A stretch of 64,000 nt of DNA from Parcubacteria group bacterium (GTDB lineage Bacteria > Patescibacteriota > Patescibacteriia > UBA1558 > GWA2-36-10): contig PQAE01000010.1 in assembly GCA_003104935.1 (NCBI GenBank), positions 13,768 to 77,767 on the forward strand, read 5' to 3'. The notes beneath the pieces are model-generated. The model was not told where the DNA came from and did no database searches. It saw only the letters and a list, made by a program, of their open reading frames with translations. A program made the position numbers and the translations under genes. The first letter of the stretch is position 1, and every line of letters begins with the position of its first letter. Below are positions 10,564 to 20,363 of the stretch, one piece after another.

Positions 10564-11892
10564 TTAAAACTTGATCAGATCTTCGGGCTTGACCAGTGGT
10601 AGGGTGCTACTGGACAGATTCTGGCCATCCAAAGCCCCCGAGGCTTCTATCTTTTTGAACGGTGTAGTAGTACTGACCGGCAAAGGAATAGTGGAAGTGG
10701 CTCTGACACCGGTGGTAGCCGCTCTGTTCTGACTATCGCTGACGATTTGATCCAATTTTTGCAATACCGCTTCGGCTTTTTGGCTAACTTCTTTGGTCTC
10801 AGTCACTTTGGTCATCGCGTCTTTGATCGAACCTTCCTGCAACAAGACTTTGGCCTGGTCCAATTTGAGCTCGGCGGTTTGCGGTAACATCTCTTTGATT
10901 ACCTTTTCCACTTCGCCCTGTTGTAAAATCTCACTGCCGATCACCTGGTCTTTGACTTTGGCCAGATCTTCAGCTTTGACCGCTTCGGTCTTTATCTTGA
11001 TGTCTTGGATGTCTAAACTGGCATCTTTGATTTCATTTTCTACGATGGCCTTGACTCCGTCTTTGACGGCTTGCAACTCCTGTTGATCCACTTTGGAAGT
11101 TTCCACACTGACTGTACCAGTAGCTACGGCCTCTGCCAGATCCTGAGGCTTCATATTTGAGGCGGCTACTACTTCTTCGTGTACCTGGACGGCCAGACTA
11201 ACCGCCGAGTCATTGACTTTCTTGCTGGCCTCAGCCGCATCTTTGAGCACATTGCCGATCACCTTATCGCTGACTATATCCTGTTTTTCTTTGACGGTAG
11301 TTTTGACCTCCTTGGTAACGGCTGTAACTTTCTTGACCAACGCTACCACTTCGCTGGGCCGATTTTCTTCTTTTACTATCTTTAATGAGGCGTCAGCTCC
11401 GGCTACGTCTTTTTCCAGATGGCGGACAGCCAGATTAATAGCTTTTTCCTTGGACACGCTATCAGTCGACTCCAGAGTGTTATCTTCTAAAATCTTGTCA
11501 ATCTCTCCCAGACGGGTGCTAACGTGTTTGAGATGAATTTCAGTTTCTTTAACCTGGCTAAAGGTAAGAGATAATTCGGCTTGCTCCATAGATCTCTTCA
11601 TCGGCCAGAGCATCTCACCCGGTACCGAGGCCTGAGCGGCAAAGGCCACTCCCGAGCCCAGAGAGATTATCAGAAAAGCGGCGATCATCCTGGTCAACGA
11701 AGGCATAAAACGCCGCAAAGCCGTGGAAAAAAATAAATCAGCCCTTTCCGAAAGTGTCAGGCGCTGAACCCGAGACATTTTACTTTGAGCAGAAATCTCC
11801 GCTAAGAGCTCATATCTGGTTTTTTCCATCCAATCCTTATCCGGCGTCAGTGATGGTAAATTTTTCAGATTGGATAATTTGTGACTAAGCAT
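10564..11892 (-). CDS. putative membrane-spanning anti-sigma factor with extracytoplasmic coiled-coil domain
   Basis: 442 aa. Sits immediately downstream of the ECF sigma gene (10-nt gap). N-terminal cytoplasmic region, single TM (MIAAFLIISLGSGVAFAA), K/E/V/A-rich helical extracellular domain. Confidence 0.45.
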   Translation of the reverse strand: MLSHKLSNLKNLPSLTPDKDWMEKTRYELLAEISAQSKMSRVQRLTLSERADLFFSTALRRFMPSLTRMIAAFLIISLGSGVAFAAQASVPGEMLWPMKRSMEQAELSLTFSQVKETEIHLKHVSTRLGEIDKILEDNTLESTDSVSKEKAINLAVRHLEKDVAGADASLKIVKEENRPSEVVALVKKVTAVTKEVKTTVKEKQDIVSDKVIGNVLKDAAEASKKVNDSAVSLAVQVHEEVVAASNMKPQDLAEAVATGTVSVETSKVDQQELQAVKDGVKAIVENEIKDASLDIQDIKIKTEAVKAEDLAKVKDQVIGSEILQQGEVEKVIKEMLPQTAELKLDQAKVLLQEGSIKDAMTKVTETKEVSQKAEAVLQKLDQIVSDSQNRAATTGVRATSTIPLPVSTTTPFKKIEASGALDGQNLSSSTLPLVKPEDLIKF

Positions 11893-11902
11893 TTTATTAT
11901 GA

Positions 11903-12454
11903 TTATAATTTGGTAATTTCCCTTAATTTACTCAGCGCCCGGTGCAAGAGGACACGCACGGCGCTTTTTTGCATATCAACGATCTGGGCGATGTCATCGA
12001 TGGACAAATCTTCTACATAACGCAGATAAATCACTTCTTGATATTCCGGTTTCAATTTTCTTAAATCCTGCAATAACTTTTCCAGATCCAGCGACCGATG
12101 AAAACTATGGCTGTGGTCAGCTGGGGCCTGTTCCAGCTCCTCCGGCAAAAACTCTAGAGGCAATTCCTGACGATTATTTTGCCGGTAATAATCTATCACG
12201 GTATTGCGGGCGATCCGGAAGACAAAGGACTGAAAATTTGCAATCTGTTTCTTATCCACCAGATGCTGCCAGGTTTTAAGAAATATATCCTGGGTCAGAT
12301 CTTCGGCCACTTCTTTGGCGGAAACCTTGATCAGAACATAGCGATAAATGCTTTTAACGTACTTGTCGTAGAAAAAAACAAAGGCGTCAGCATCACCAGA
12401 TCTAAGCCTTAAGAAAACTATCCTCTCTTGTAAACTACTTTTCAGACTTTTCAT
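11903..12454 (-). CDS. ECF-type sigma-70 family RNA polymerase sigma factor
   Basis: 183 aa; region-2 like YRYVLIKVSAKEVAEDLTQDIFLKTWQ and region-4 HTH SIDDIAQIVDMQKSAVRVLLHRALSKLRE. Confidence 0.8.
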   Translation of the reverse strand: MKSLKSSLQERIVFLRLRSGDADAFVFFYDKYVKSIYRYVLIKVSAKEVAEDLTQDIFLKTWQHLVDKKQIANFQSFVFRIARNTVIDYYRQNNRQELPLEFLPEELEQAPADHSHSFHRSLDLEKLLQDLRKLKPEYQEVIYLRYVEDLSIDDIAQIVDMQKSAVRVLLHRALSKLREITKL

Positions 12455-12713
12455 ATATATAGACGAAGAAACCGCCTAAATATTACACTTTTTACCGCTA
12501 ATTATATGCGCTAATATTAGCAAAAATTAAAGAGAATCAAGATTCCCTTTAATTAATTAGACATGAAGTGAACAAATTATAGCATTTTGATACACCTATG
12601 TAAAGACAAAAAACCGGAAAAAAGTTACTTTTTTAAGGTTTAGTGGTTTAGTCTGAACATAGAAAAAAATTAACTAAAATCACTTATACACAATAGCTAC
12701 TTATCCACATTTA

Positions 12714-12742
12714 TTGACCAAAGGTATAGAATAGTATATACT
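12714..12742 (+). promoter_or_regulatory. sigma70-like promoter TTGACC-N17-TATACT for the small HTH gene (leaderless or near-leaderless)
   Basis: -35 at 12714-12719, -10 at 12737-12742; annotated ATG at 12747 lies at the predicted TSS. Confidence 0.45.
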
Positions 12743-12746
12743 ATAT

Positions 12747-13058
12747 ATGAATATTAATCTGGTTAAAAATATGGAAAACGTCATTCGCGTTTCAATTTCT
12801 GAGGCTGGCCGTTTATTTGGTGTTTCTACTAAGACTATCCGCCAAGCCATCAAAAATGAGGAGTTGCGATATATCGTGGTAAAAGGACGCTATAAGATCA
12901 ACTTTGCTTCTTTAGTAACCTGGTCGCAGAGATCCACTCGTAGGGCTAACCTGCTACGTCAGGACGGTATTGGCCAGTATGTGGATAACTGGAAAATATC
13001 AAACAAAAAATTTAGCCCTAGCTTTGAACTGATAAAAAACAAAAAAACCGCGGATTAG
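12747..13058 (+). CDS. small helix-turn-helix DNA-binding protein
   Basis: 103 aa; ISEAGRLFGVSTKTIRQAIKNEEL is an excisionase/MerR-like HTH. Divergent from the sigma gene and convergent with the HtrA-like gene. Confidence 0.45.
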   Translation: MNINLVKNMENVIRVSISEAGRLFGVSTKTIRQAIKNEELRYIVVKGRYKINFASLVTWSQRSTRRANLLRQDGIGQYVDNWKISNKKFSPSFELIKNKKTAD

Positions 13059-13085
13059 ATCCTCGGTTTTTTCTGGTATTATATT

Positions 13086-14174
13086 TTAGAGTTGCACTTC
13101 TATATCCTGGGTTTGACTATTACGCTGTATCTTAATAATAATCTTTTCCCCTACGCGGTAATTTTGGATAATAGAGGTCAGCGACTGACTGCCCGAAACC
13201 AGATTATTATTAACCGACAGGATCAAGTCGCCGGCTTTAATACCGGCTTTGCCGGCCGGTAAGGTAAATGTAACCGGCGAAACTGACGGATTATAAACCA
13301 ATACCCCCTTTTTAGTGAAACCGCTATTATTATCTAAATCCACATAACTCAATCCAAACTTAACTCTCTCCGTGCTATTAAGCATATTTTTAACGGCTTG
13401 CTTTAAGTACTCGGACGGCACCAATAATGTTTCCTGGTCTAATTTGTAGGCCAGCCCCATCAGGTTACCCTGCAGATTAAAGAAAGGGGCGGCCAATATG
13501 TTGGCTGGCTGTACCTCGCCAAGCTGTAAGTAATAATCAATCTTTTCGGTAGAAAGATACTTTTCCGGCACATAATGCGCGTTGGCCAGAACCGTCGTGT
13601 AAAAAGTATCCTCCAGACTGTGCACCGAATCAATACCAGTAAAAAGACTCTCCCCGGTCTTGACTTCGTCGGTCAGCTGGAAATCTATAGGCGACAAAAA
13701 GTTGGCGCTGATTTTAACAAAGACCGCACCACTAAAAAGATCGCGCTTGAGGTCAAGCGGTTCGTAGAGCTTATCTCCGAGGGCAATGACTACTTGCTTA
13801 TTTTTTATCACTTGATCCGTGCTCATCAACCAGCCGTCGGAAGTCACCACGACCGCCGATCCTAAAAAATCATCCTGCGAAAACAATGGCCCGCCGACGC
13901 TACTGACAGCCGCGACCGGACGGTAGACGCCGGCAATACTTCCGGCTGACTTTTGAGCCAAATCGATCAAGGGTTGGCCGGCCTGGTTGCCGCCTCTGGT
14001 CCATTGGCTTAAATTAATGTAATTGGCATTAGTGGACGGCAAAACATTCTGCCCCAATAAATAACCGCCGAAACCGGCAATCAGCCCGAGTAAAACCGCA
14101 ATAATGGTCAGGTTTAGTAATGAGGGCGGCTTTTCCATAGTCGGCCGGCTAAAATGTTGCTTTCTGTCTTCCAT
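13086..14174 (-). CDS. membrane-anchored HtrA-like trypsin-fold + PDZ protein, catalytic triad substituted (predicted pseudo-protease)
   Basis: 362 aa; N-terminal TM. GSAVVVTSDGWLMSTDQVI aligns to HtrA GSGFII..DGYIVTNNHVV (His to Gln). SGAVFVKI aligns to SDIALLKI (Asp to Gly). ANILAA replaces GNSGGP (Ser lost). C-terminal PDZ: GVLVYNPSVSPVTFTLPAGKAGIKAGDLILSVNNNLV. Confidence 0.55.
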   Translation of the reverse strand: MEDRKQHFSRPTMEKPPSLLNLTIIAVLLGLIAGFGGYLLGQNVLPSTNANYINLSQWTRGGNQAGQPLIDLAQKSAGSIAGVYRPVAAVSSVGGPLFSQDDFLGSAVVVTSDGWLMSTDQVIKNKQVVIALGDKLYEPLDLKRDLFSGAVFVKISANFLSPIDFQLTDEVKTGESLFTGIDSVHSLEDTFYTTVLANAHYVPEKYLSTEKIDYYLQLGEVQPANILAAPFFNLQGNLMGLAYKLDQETLLVPSEYLKQAVKNMLNSTERVKFGLSYVDLDNNSGFTKKGVLVYNPSVSPVTFTLPAGKAGIKAGDLILSVNNNLVSGSQSLTSIIQNYRVGEKIIIKIQRNSQTQDIEVQL

Positions 14175-14179
14175 AAGTG

Positions 14180-14902
14180 TTAGGTTAGCGCAGTAATTAA
14201 TAAAAGTAAAATAATAGAAATCAATAGGGCAAAAATCCAGCGGAAATTACGCAAAGTGACCAGAGATTTGTCCCCGATGAAAAAAAACCAAAGCGTAATG
14301 ATGGTACCGCCGGCATAAAAACTGAGCGGTAAAAGATAAACCGCACCGACCAGTTGTGCCACCAGAAAAATGAGAATGATCAATTCATACCAGTGACGGT
14401 TTTCGTCCCACAACCAAAGCTGAGCTAGCCAACTAAAGGCACCGGCCAAAACCAATCCCAGGGCATAAAGTACCGGGAACTGTATCAAATAAATCAGAGC
14501 GTAGAGACTGACGGACCAAAACCAAAAATTGAGATAATAAAAGAACTTTAGAGCCGGTAAATAATCCGCCCGACCGGTTTCTTTCAGCGCGCTAAAATGC
14601 CGGCCGACCAGCCACCAGACAAATCCCCAGACAAAAGCCAGAGCAAAAATCAAAATATACCTAAAATGCAGAGGGGTAAGTAAGCTGATGAAAATGAATT
14701 CGGCCAGATAGGCTAAAAGCAAATTTACAAATAAAAGTTTATTTTGCCAAAAATGGTGCCGCGTCGCCAAACGGAGGCTAATCATAATTACCAATAGACT
14801 AAAAACGGCCAGAAAGACAGGCCAGCGACCGTAATAAAAAAACCACAAAAAACTGAGCAGATATAAAAAGGGGCTTATAAATATTACTAGATAACGTGAC
14901 AT
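14180..14902 (-). CDS. polytopic integral membrane protein, function unknown
   Basis: 240 aa, about 8 TM helices; 5-nt gap to the HtrA-like gene (same operon). Confidence 0.4.
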   Translation of the reverse strand: MSRYLVIFISPFLYLLSFLWFFYYGRWPVFLAVFSLLVIMISLRLATRHHFWQNKLLFVNLLLAYLAEFIFISLLTPLHFRYILIFALAFVWGFVWWLVGRHFSALKETGRADYLPALKFFYYLNFWFWSVSLYALIYLIQFPVLYALGLVLAGAFSWLAQLWLWDENRHWYELIILIFLVAQLVGAVYLLPLSFYAGGTIITLWFFFIGDKSLVTLRNFRWIFALLISIILLLLITALT

Positions 14903-14903
14903 C

Positions 14904-15350
14904 TTAATTTATAATCGTCTTAAACCGGGCGATGTCCGGCGCTAACTCCGGAAATAACTGCACAACCTGTGATAAATTTTCTCCGGCTCGGTCTTTAAAC
15001 CTTAGGTCCTTGGTTACCAAATACTGCTCTAGCGAATCAAAGGCTAACAATAAGGAAATATGCGCCCGGCCCAAGCTCAAATCTCCACGGAAATTTGTAA
15101 TCTTTTCCCTGACCGCGCGCACCGCGGGCAAAGGATCCTGGCGGGGCACTTCCACCAACCAGACCCGGACATACTGGGGGTACTTATCAGCGCTAATCAC
15201 ATCAGGGTTAGCGCTCGGGGCGTTATTTTGACGGACTATAAAATCTGACGGTCCTGAACAAGGATGGACTAATTGTACTAATAAACACAGGCCAAAAAAA
15301 ATCGCAACAATCAATAATATCTTATTATTTTGAAAATATTTTATTAACAT
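14904..15350 (-). CDS. hypothetical membrane-anchored protein
   Basis: 148 aa, N-terminal TM helix, tightly coupled to downstream gene. Confidence 0.35.
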   Translation of the reverse strand: MLIKYFQNNKILLIVAIFFGLCLLVQLVHPCSGPSDFIVRQNNAPSANPDVISADKYPQYVRVWLVEVPRQDPLPAVRAVREKITNFRGDLSLGRAHISLLLAFDSLEQYLVTKDLRFKDRAGENLSQVVQLFPELAPDIARFKTIIN

Positions 15351-15368
15351 TTATTATAATAACTTATT

Positions 15369-15686
15369 TTAAAATAAATCTTCAGCGGAAAACTTTTCCC
15401 AATCCGACCGGACATCGGACCAGCGGTAGGCCTCCATATGGCTGACGGTCTCGCTATCAGAATAAACATAATCCACATTTACGCCCGAACCAATGCGATT
15501 GGAATAAGCAGTTTTTTTGTCCAATAATTTTGGCCGGGTGACAAATCTAAGACGTATTCGGCCGGCTGGGCCGCTAAACTCAATAATTTCCGCTTGTCCC
15601 GGGTCCAAATCTTCCTGATATTGCTCCTCTACCGAAAAACCGGTCTTGATTTGAGCCACTATTTCTTGCCAGCGTTCCTTGGTCAT
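15369..15686 (-). CDS. hypothetical protein
   Basis: 105 aa; 4-nt overlap with upstream gene. Confidence 0.3.
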   Translation of the reverse strand: MTKERWQEIVAQIKTGFSVEEQYQEDLDPGQAEIIEFSGPAGRIRLRFVTRPKLLDKKTAYSNRIGSGVNVDYVYSDSETVSHMEAYRWSDVRSDWEKFSAEDLF

Positions 15687-16135
15687 AATTTAATGTTAAT
15701 TTTATCCCCGTTCTCTATATTTAGACCTAAGTTTTGCTTTAAGTCAATCGGTATTTCTAAAACCTGATTTATCGGCACAGCCGAACTATAGCGAGGCCAG
15801 GCAACTTGGGGAATGCCATCAGGAATAAGCGACGCCCGCTCCACGCCGACGACAGCCGTGTCGTCCAGCCAGACTATATCAATCGGAAAGTTCATATCCT
15901 TCATCCAAAAGGTTCTCAATTGCTTATCCGGAAAAACAAAGAGCATCATCTGGTGTTTAGTCTGTCCGGACAATCCTCGCTCCCACTCGGCTGGCTGATC
16001 GGCTAATAAAGCCCGATAATCTCGCCCGCCGATAGTCACGGTGACCAAATCATTACCGGTGGCGCGCGAACTAAACCAAATAAAAATGGCTAGACCCACA
16101 ATAATTATCAGCGCGATGTATTTAATTATTTTCAT
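15683..16135 (-). CDS. DUF192-family membrane-anchored protein
   Basis: 150 aa; N-terminal TM; core FWMKDMNFPIDIVWLDDTAVVGV resembles the DUF192 (COG1430) signature. Confidence 0.5.
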   Translation of the reverse strand: MKIIKYIALIIIVGLAIFIWFSSRATGNDLVTVTIGGRDYRALLADQPAEWERGLSGQTKHQMMLFVFPDKQLRTFWMKDMNFPIDIVWLDDTAVVGVERASLIPDGIPQVAWPRYSSAVPINQVLEIPIDLKQNLGLNIENGDKINIKL

Positions 16136-17201
16136 GGCGCGCCTTTAAACGATAATTTAGCCAACTGCTCAAAACAAACATGAAAATCAGCAAAAAAGCC
16201 AGGGCGCCCAGTTTGGTTTTAGTGGTAAAAAAGATAGACATCAAACCGAAACAAAAACTGACTAAACTGAGAAAAAATACGACCTGGCGCTGACTCAAAC
16301 CAGCCGCCAGAAGACGAAAATGCAAATGTTCCTGATCGCCCCGCCAAAATGGCTGACCCCTTTTCAAACGGCGCACTACTACCCAAAAAATATCTAAGAG
16401 TGGCAAACCCATCACCAGTAAGGCAGTGGCAATCTTACTGCCGGAAATAATGGACAAAACTCCCAGGGTAAAGCCAATCAATGTGCTACCACCTTCTCCT
16501 AAAAATATTTTAGCCGGATGCCAGTTTAATACCAGAAAGCCAAAAATGGCCCCGGAAAAAGCAATGGACAGTAGTGAAGTGGTTGAACAACGCACGTCCC
16601 AGGACAAACTGACGATAAAGATCACCAAACTGGCTACCAGTCCGATGCTACTGGTCAAACCATCCACACCATCAAGGAGTTTAGCGGTATAAGTGATGCT
16701 GAGTAGCCATAGGAAAGTTATCGCCGGCGGCAACCACAGCAGAAAAAACCCACTATTACCGACTAGATTATTCAGATATAAAACCCCGCCGGACGGATGA
16801 GTAACGTGAGTAATCTCCATGCCGCTGACGATAATCGCTAGAGCGGCCAAAATCGGCGCCCAAATAGTGGCCTGAGGCGGTAAATTATATTTGTCGTCTA
16901 AGACCCCCATGATGATTAAAATCAGCCCGGCTACAAGCAGGCCCGCTAACATCAACCAACTAATTTTTTGATCCAGCAATCGCCCCTGCCAATTCAAAAA
17001 TAAAATAACTATCACCCAGGAAAAATATATGGGCAGTCCGCCCAGAAGCGGCATGGGAACCTTGTGAATTTTTCTTTCGTCTTTGGGATAATCCAATATT
17101 TTATAATTATTTGCCAAGGCGATAACCAGCTTGGTTAAAATAAACGACAAGACGGCCGTGCCGATAAAAATCAAAATAAAATTTGACCAACTAGCTGACA
17201 T
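16122..17201 (-). CDS. polyprenyl-phosphate sugar-1-phosphate transferase (WecA/TagO/MraY superfamily, GT4)
   Basis: 359 aa, about 10 TM. Motifs DERKIHKVPMPLLGGL (WecA-type PxPxxGG), VLDDKYNL, LLDGVDGL. Confidence 0.7.
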   Translation of the reverse strand: MSASWSNFILIFIGTAVLSFILTKLVIALANNYKILDYPKDERKIHKVPMPLLGGLPIYFSWVIVILFLNWQGRLLDQKISWLMLAGLLVAGLILIIMGVLDDKYNLPPQATIWAPILAALAIIVSGMEITHVTHPSGGVLYLNNLVGNSGFFLLWLPPAITFLWLLSITYTAKLLDGVDGLTSSIGLVASLVIFIVSLSWDVRCSTTSLLSIAFSGAIFGFLVLNWHPAKIFLGEGGSTLIGFTLGVLSIISGSKIATALLVMGLPLLDIFWVVVRRLKRGQPFWRGDQEHLHFRLLAAGLSQRQVVFFLSLVSFCFGLMSIFFTTKTKLGALAFLLIFMFVLSSWLNYRLKARHENN

Positions 17202-17577
17202 TGGCTTGCAAATAAGTATCTAAAATGGCCGCGGCCGCATGTTTATCTATATCTCGGCTGACGCCCTGGCGACTGTACAATTTGGAGGTCAAGCGTTCAT
17301 CCATGGTTTCTACCGGCACAGGCAAAGCTGACGCCAAACGGTCGATAAAATTTTTGGTTAGTTGCCAACGCTCGTTGGGCGCGCCAGACAGACTGAGAGG
17401 TAGACCGACAACCACCAGGCCGACATGCTCGGCTCTAATGATCTCAGTAATATTTTTAATTAAAATATCTTCACCTTCGTTACTAATTACTTTAAAAGGA
17501 AAAGCCGAGCCGCCCGACTCACCCAGAGCCAGACCAACCCGCTTGTCGCCAAAATCTATACCTAGGATTCTGCTCAT
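17191..17577 (-). CDS. ruvX: YqgF/RuvX-like Holliday-junction resolvase / pre-16S rRNA nuclease
   Basis: 128 aa; ILGIDFGDKRVGLALGE ... DERLTS ... DKHAAAAILDTYL. Confidence 0.8.
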   Translation of the reverse strand: MSRILGIDFGDKRVGLALGESGGSAFPFKVISNEGEDILIKNITEIIRAEHVGLVVVGLPLSLSGAPNERWQLTKNFIDRLASALPVPVETMDERLTSKLYSRQGVSRDIDKHAAAAILDTYLQANVS

Positions 17578-17580
17578 ATA

Positions 17581-18327
17581 TTATTTGGTGATAATTACAT
17601 GACCCTTATTGGTCACCGCCACCGTATGCTCAAAATGGGCGGTCAGGCTATGGTCATAAGAATTAACATCCCAGCCATTAGACCCCACCTCCACCCGGTC
17701 ATCGCCGCCGAGGATAATCATCGGTTCAATAGCAATAACTAAACCCGGAAACATTTTCTCCGTTTCTTTGCCATTATCAAAATTCATTACCAAAGGATCC
17801 TCATGCACCTGACGGCCAACTCCATGACCGGCTAAATCCCGAACAATGCCATAACCCAGTGGCTTTATATATGCCTCTATGGCTCGCCCGATGTCACTAA
17901 TAGCCCTATCTGGCCTAATTTGGGCAATACCCACTTCTAGAGCCTTTTTGGCGGCCAAAATGAGCCTTTTGGCCTCAGGAGTGACCTCGCCTACGGCTAA
18001 AGTAACGGCCATATCAGTAAAAAAACCCTTATAGAGCATACCCAGATCTAAACCGACAATATCTCCTGATTTTAGAGCGCGAGCCGTCGGTATGCCATGG
18101 ACTACGGTTTGATTGACGGAAACACAAAGCGCCGCCGGAAAATTATGATAATTTAGGAAAGACGGCACTCCTCCAGCTGTCCTGATCCATTGCTCCGCCA
18201 ACCGGTTTAACTCCTGGCCGTTCTGACCGGGATGCACCTGTTTTGCCAGACGGTTCAAAATATTACTGAGGATACGCCCGCCCTCCTGCAAAATAGCTAT
18301 TTCTTTGGGCGTTTTTTTATCAAGCAT
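17581..18327 (-). CDS. map: methionine aminopeptidase type I
   Basis: 248 aa; GHGVGRQVHEDP, IAIEPMIILG, metal-ligand pattern of MetAP-I. Confidence 0.9.
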   Translation of the reverse strand: MLDKKTPKEIAILQEGGRILSNILNRLAKQVHPGQNGQELNRLAEQWIRTAGGVPSFLNYHNFPAALCVSVNQTVVHGIPTARALKSGDIVGLDLGMLYKGFFTDMAVTLAVGEVTPEAKRLILAAKKALEVGIAQIRPDRAISDIGRAIEAYIKPLGYGIVRDLAGHGVGRQVHEDPLVMNFDNGKETEKMFPGLVIAIEPMIILGGDDRVEVGSNGWDVNSYDHSLTAHFEHTVAVTNKGHVIITK

Positions 18328-18967
18328 TTTTCTTCAAATAAGCAATGACACTCTGGCTAATTTTTTTTATCGGTTTTTCTCCGTTGATCACAACTAGTTT
18401 GCCGGACTTTTTATAATATTTCAAAAGCTTACTGGTCTTGCGGCGATAAATAGCTAAGCGGCGGGCAATAGCCCGGCCCCGGTCATCGTCGCGCACAAAC
18501 AAAAGTTGCCCGCAGATATCGCAAATCCCTTTTTGGCGCGGCGGATTGTGCCGGATATGCCAGATATGTCCGCGCTGGCAAACTAGGCGACCGGACAAAC
18601 GCCGTACGGCTTCACGGTCAGAAATATCAAAATTAAAAACTTTGTCTATGGAAAATTGCTTATCAAATATTCTGGCCTGGCGTAAACTGCGCGGAAATCC
18701 GTCAATAATAAAACCATTTTTGTAGGTCGGTTTTTTGAGCTGACGCATCACCAGATCGATCACAAAACCATCCGGCACCAATAGACCGGGAGTGACATAA
18801 GCCTTTAATTCTCGGCTGAGCTTTCCTTTTTTAAGGATAGCTTGGCGCAAAATCTGGCCGGCCGATACTTCCTTTAATTTTAAAAATTTGGCCATCACCG
18901 ACCCCTGAGTGCTTTTGCCAGCTCCCTGCGGGCCGAGAAGTATAATTCTTTTAATTTTATTGCTCAT
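18320..18967 (-). CDS. adk: adenylate kinase (Zn-lid type)
   Basis: 215 aa; P-loop GPQGAGKSTQ, GFIIDGFPR, Cys4 lid CQRGHIWH...CDICG. Confidence 0.9.
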   Translation of the reverse strand: MSNKIKRIILLGPQGAGKSTQGSVMAKFLKLKEVSAGQILRQAILKKGKLSRELKAYVTPGLLVPDGFVIDLVMRQLKKPTYKNGFIIDGFPRSLRQARIFDKQFSIDKVFNFDISDREAVRRLSGRLVCQRGHIWHIRHNPPRQKGICDICGQLLFVRDDDRGRAIARRLAIYRRKTSKLLKYYKKSGKLVVINGEKPIKKISQSVIAYLKKNA

Positions 18968-18981
18968 AGTCCAATACCGAA

Positions 18982-19010
18982 ATTATATCAAAATATAGTA
19001 TTTTTCTCAA
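18982..19010 (-). promoter_or_regulatory. consensus-like promoter TTGAGA-N17-TATAAT upstream of adk
   Basis: Minus strand -35 at 19010-19005, -10 at 18987-18982. Confidence 0.5.
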
Positions 19011-19022
19011 TTTATAAGCCGC

Positions 19023-19056
19023 AAAAAAATAAACCCCGTTTTGCTGCAAACGGGGG
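19023..19056 (-). terminator. intrinsic terminator after secY
   Basis: Minus strand: ccccgtttgcagcaaaacgggg hairpin followed by a T-run (tttatttttttgc). Confidence 0.6.
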
Positions 19057-19079
19057 CTATTTCCTAAAAAATGTTTCCA

Positions 19080-20357
19080 TTAAAATCCTTCATAATCTCG
19101 CATAATCAATTGAGCGTCTATCTGCTTGACGGTTTCAATCACCACCGCCACCACGATCAGCAGACTGGTGCCGCCGATGCGCATAGTGCCGACGCCGGTA
19201 AGCGGCGCGACCACGGTCGGCAACACGGCGATCACACCCAAAAATACCGCTCCCGCTAAAATAATCCGGTTCATGACCATATTGAGATAATCCGAAGTAT
19301 TGCGACCCGGTCTGATGCCCGGGATAAATCCGCCTTGTTTTTGGAGATTTTCCGCGATCTGTTGGGGTTTAAAAATGACGGAAGTATAAAAATAAGTAAA
19401 CAGGAAAACCATTAAAAAATAAAAAACATCATAAAAGACCCGGCCCTTGAACAAATCAATGATCCATTGTGAGGCGCCGGCTAACCAGGCCATACTGGAG
19501 TGCAGAAAAAACTGCGCTACCATCGGGGGAAAGATAATCACGGAAACGGCAAAGATGATCGGAATCACGCCAGCCTGATTTACCCGCAAAGGCAAATGGG
19601 TTCTCACTCCGCCTACGCTCTTTTGACCGACCATATGGCGGGCATAAGAGACGGGTATATTTCTGGTGCCCTCTGTGATTAAGACTATGGCGGCAATAGT
19701 TATCAGAGCAATTAAAACGAAAATTACTAAATTTAATACCATGCTATTATCAAAAGCAATCAAGGTATTTCTTACTCCCTGGGGAATACCGGTCACTATG
19801 CCGGTAAAAATCAGTAGTGAAACGCCATTGCCGATATGTTTTTCACTGATCAACTCTCCCAGCCACATTAAAAACATGGTGCCGGCCGTAACAATAACCA
19901 GAGTGGTAAAGAGTTGCATACCACTGAGGCCTAAGAGTAGTTGGCCCTGACTCTGGGCGGACAAAATACGGACATAGCCATAACCCTGTAGCATAGCTAA
20001 AGGCACGGTTAAAATCCTGGTGTATTGATTTATTTTTTGCTGGCCATACTCCCCTTCTTTGGACAGGGCTTCAAACTTGGGCACAATCATCGTCAGTAGC
20101 TGGAGGATAATCGAAGCGGTGATATATGGTCCTACTCCCAGCATCACCACGGAAAAATTTTCCATGGCCCCGCCGGAAAACAAATTAATTAAGCCCAAAA
20201 CTTGGTTGCTGGAAAAATATCCTTTCAGCTGGGAAGCATCTACGCCCGGCACCGGTATATGGGCGGCGATTCTAAAAACAACCAACAGAGCCAGCACATA
20301 CAAGATGCTGTTGCGGATGTCTTTGGCCTTCCAAATTTGTTGGAGCTTGTTTAACAT
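19080..20357 (-). CDS. secY: preprotein translocase subunit SecY
   Basis: 425 aa, 10 TM; GLINLFSGGAMENFSVVMLGVGPYITASIILQLL. Confidence 0.95.
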   Translation of the reverse strand: MLNKLQQIWKAKDIRNSILYVLALLVVFRIAAHIPVPGVDASQLKGYFSSNQVLGLINLFSGGAMENFSVVMLGVGPYITASIILQLLTMIVPKFEALSKEGEYGQQKINQYTRILTVPLAMLQGYGYVRILSAQSQGQLLLGLSGMQLFTTLVIVTAGTMFLMWLGELISEKHIGNGVSLLIFTGIVTGIPQGVRNTLIAFDNSMVLNLVIFVLIALITIAAIVLITEGTRNIPVSYARHMVGQKSVGGVRTHLPLRVNQAGVIPIIFAVSVIIFPPMVAQFFLHSSMAWLAGASQWIIDLFKGRVFYDVFYFLMVFLFTYFYTSVIFKPQQIAENLQKQGGFIPGIRPGRNTSDYLNMVMNRIILAGAVFLGVIAVLPTVVAPLTGVGTMRIGGTSLLIVVAVVIETVKQIDAQLIMRDYEGF

Positions 20358-20363
20358 AATATT

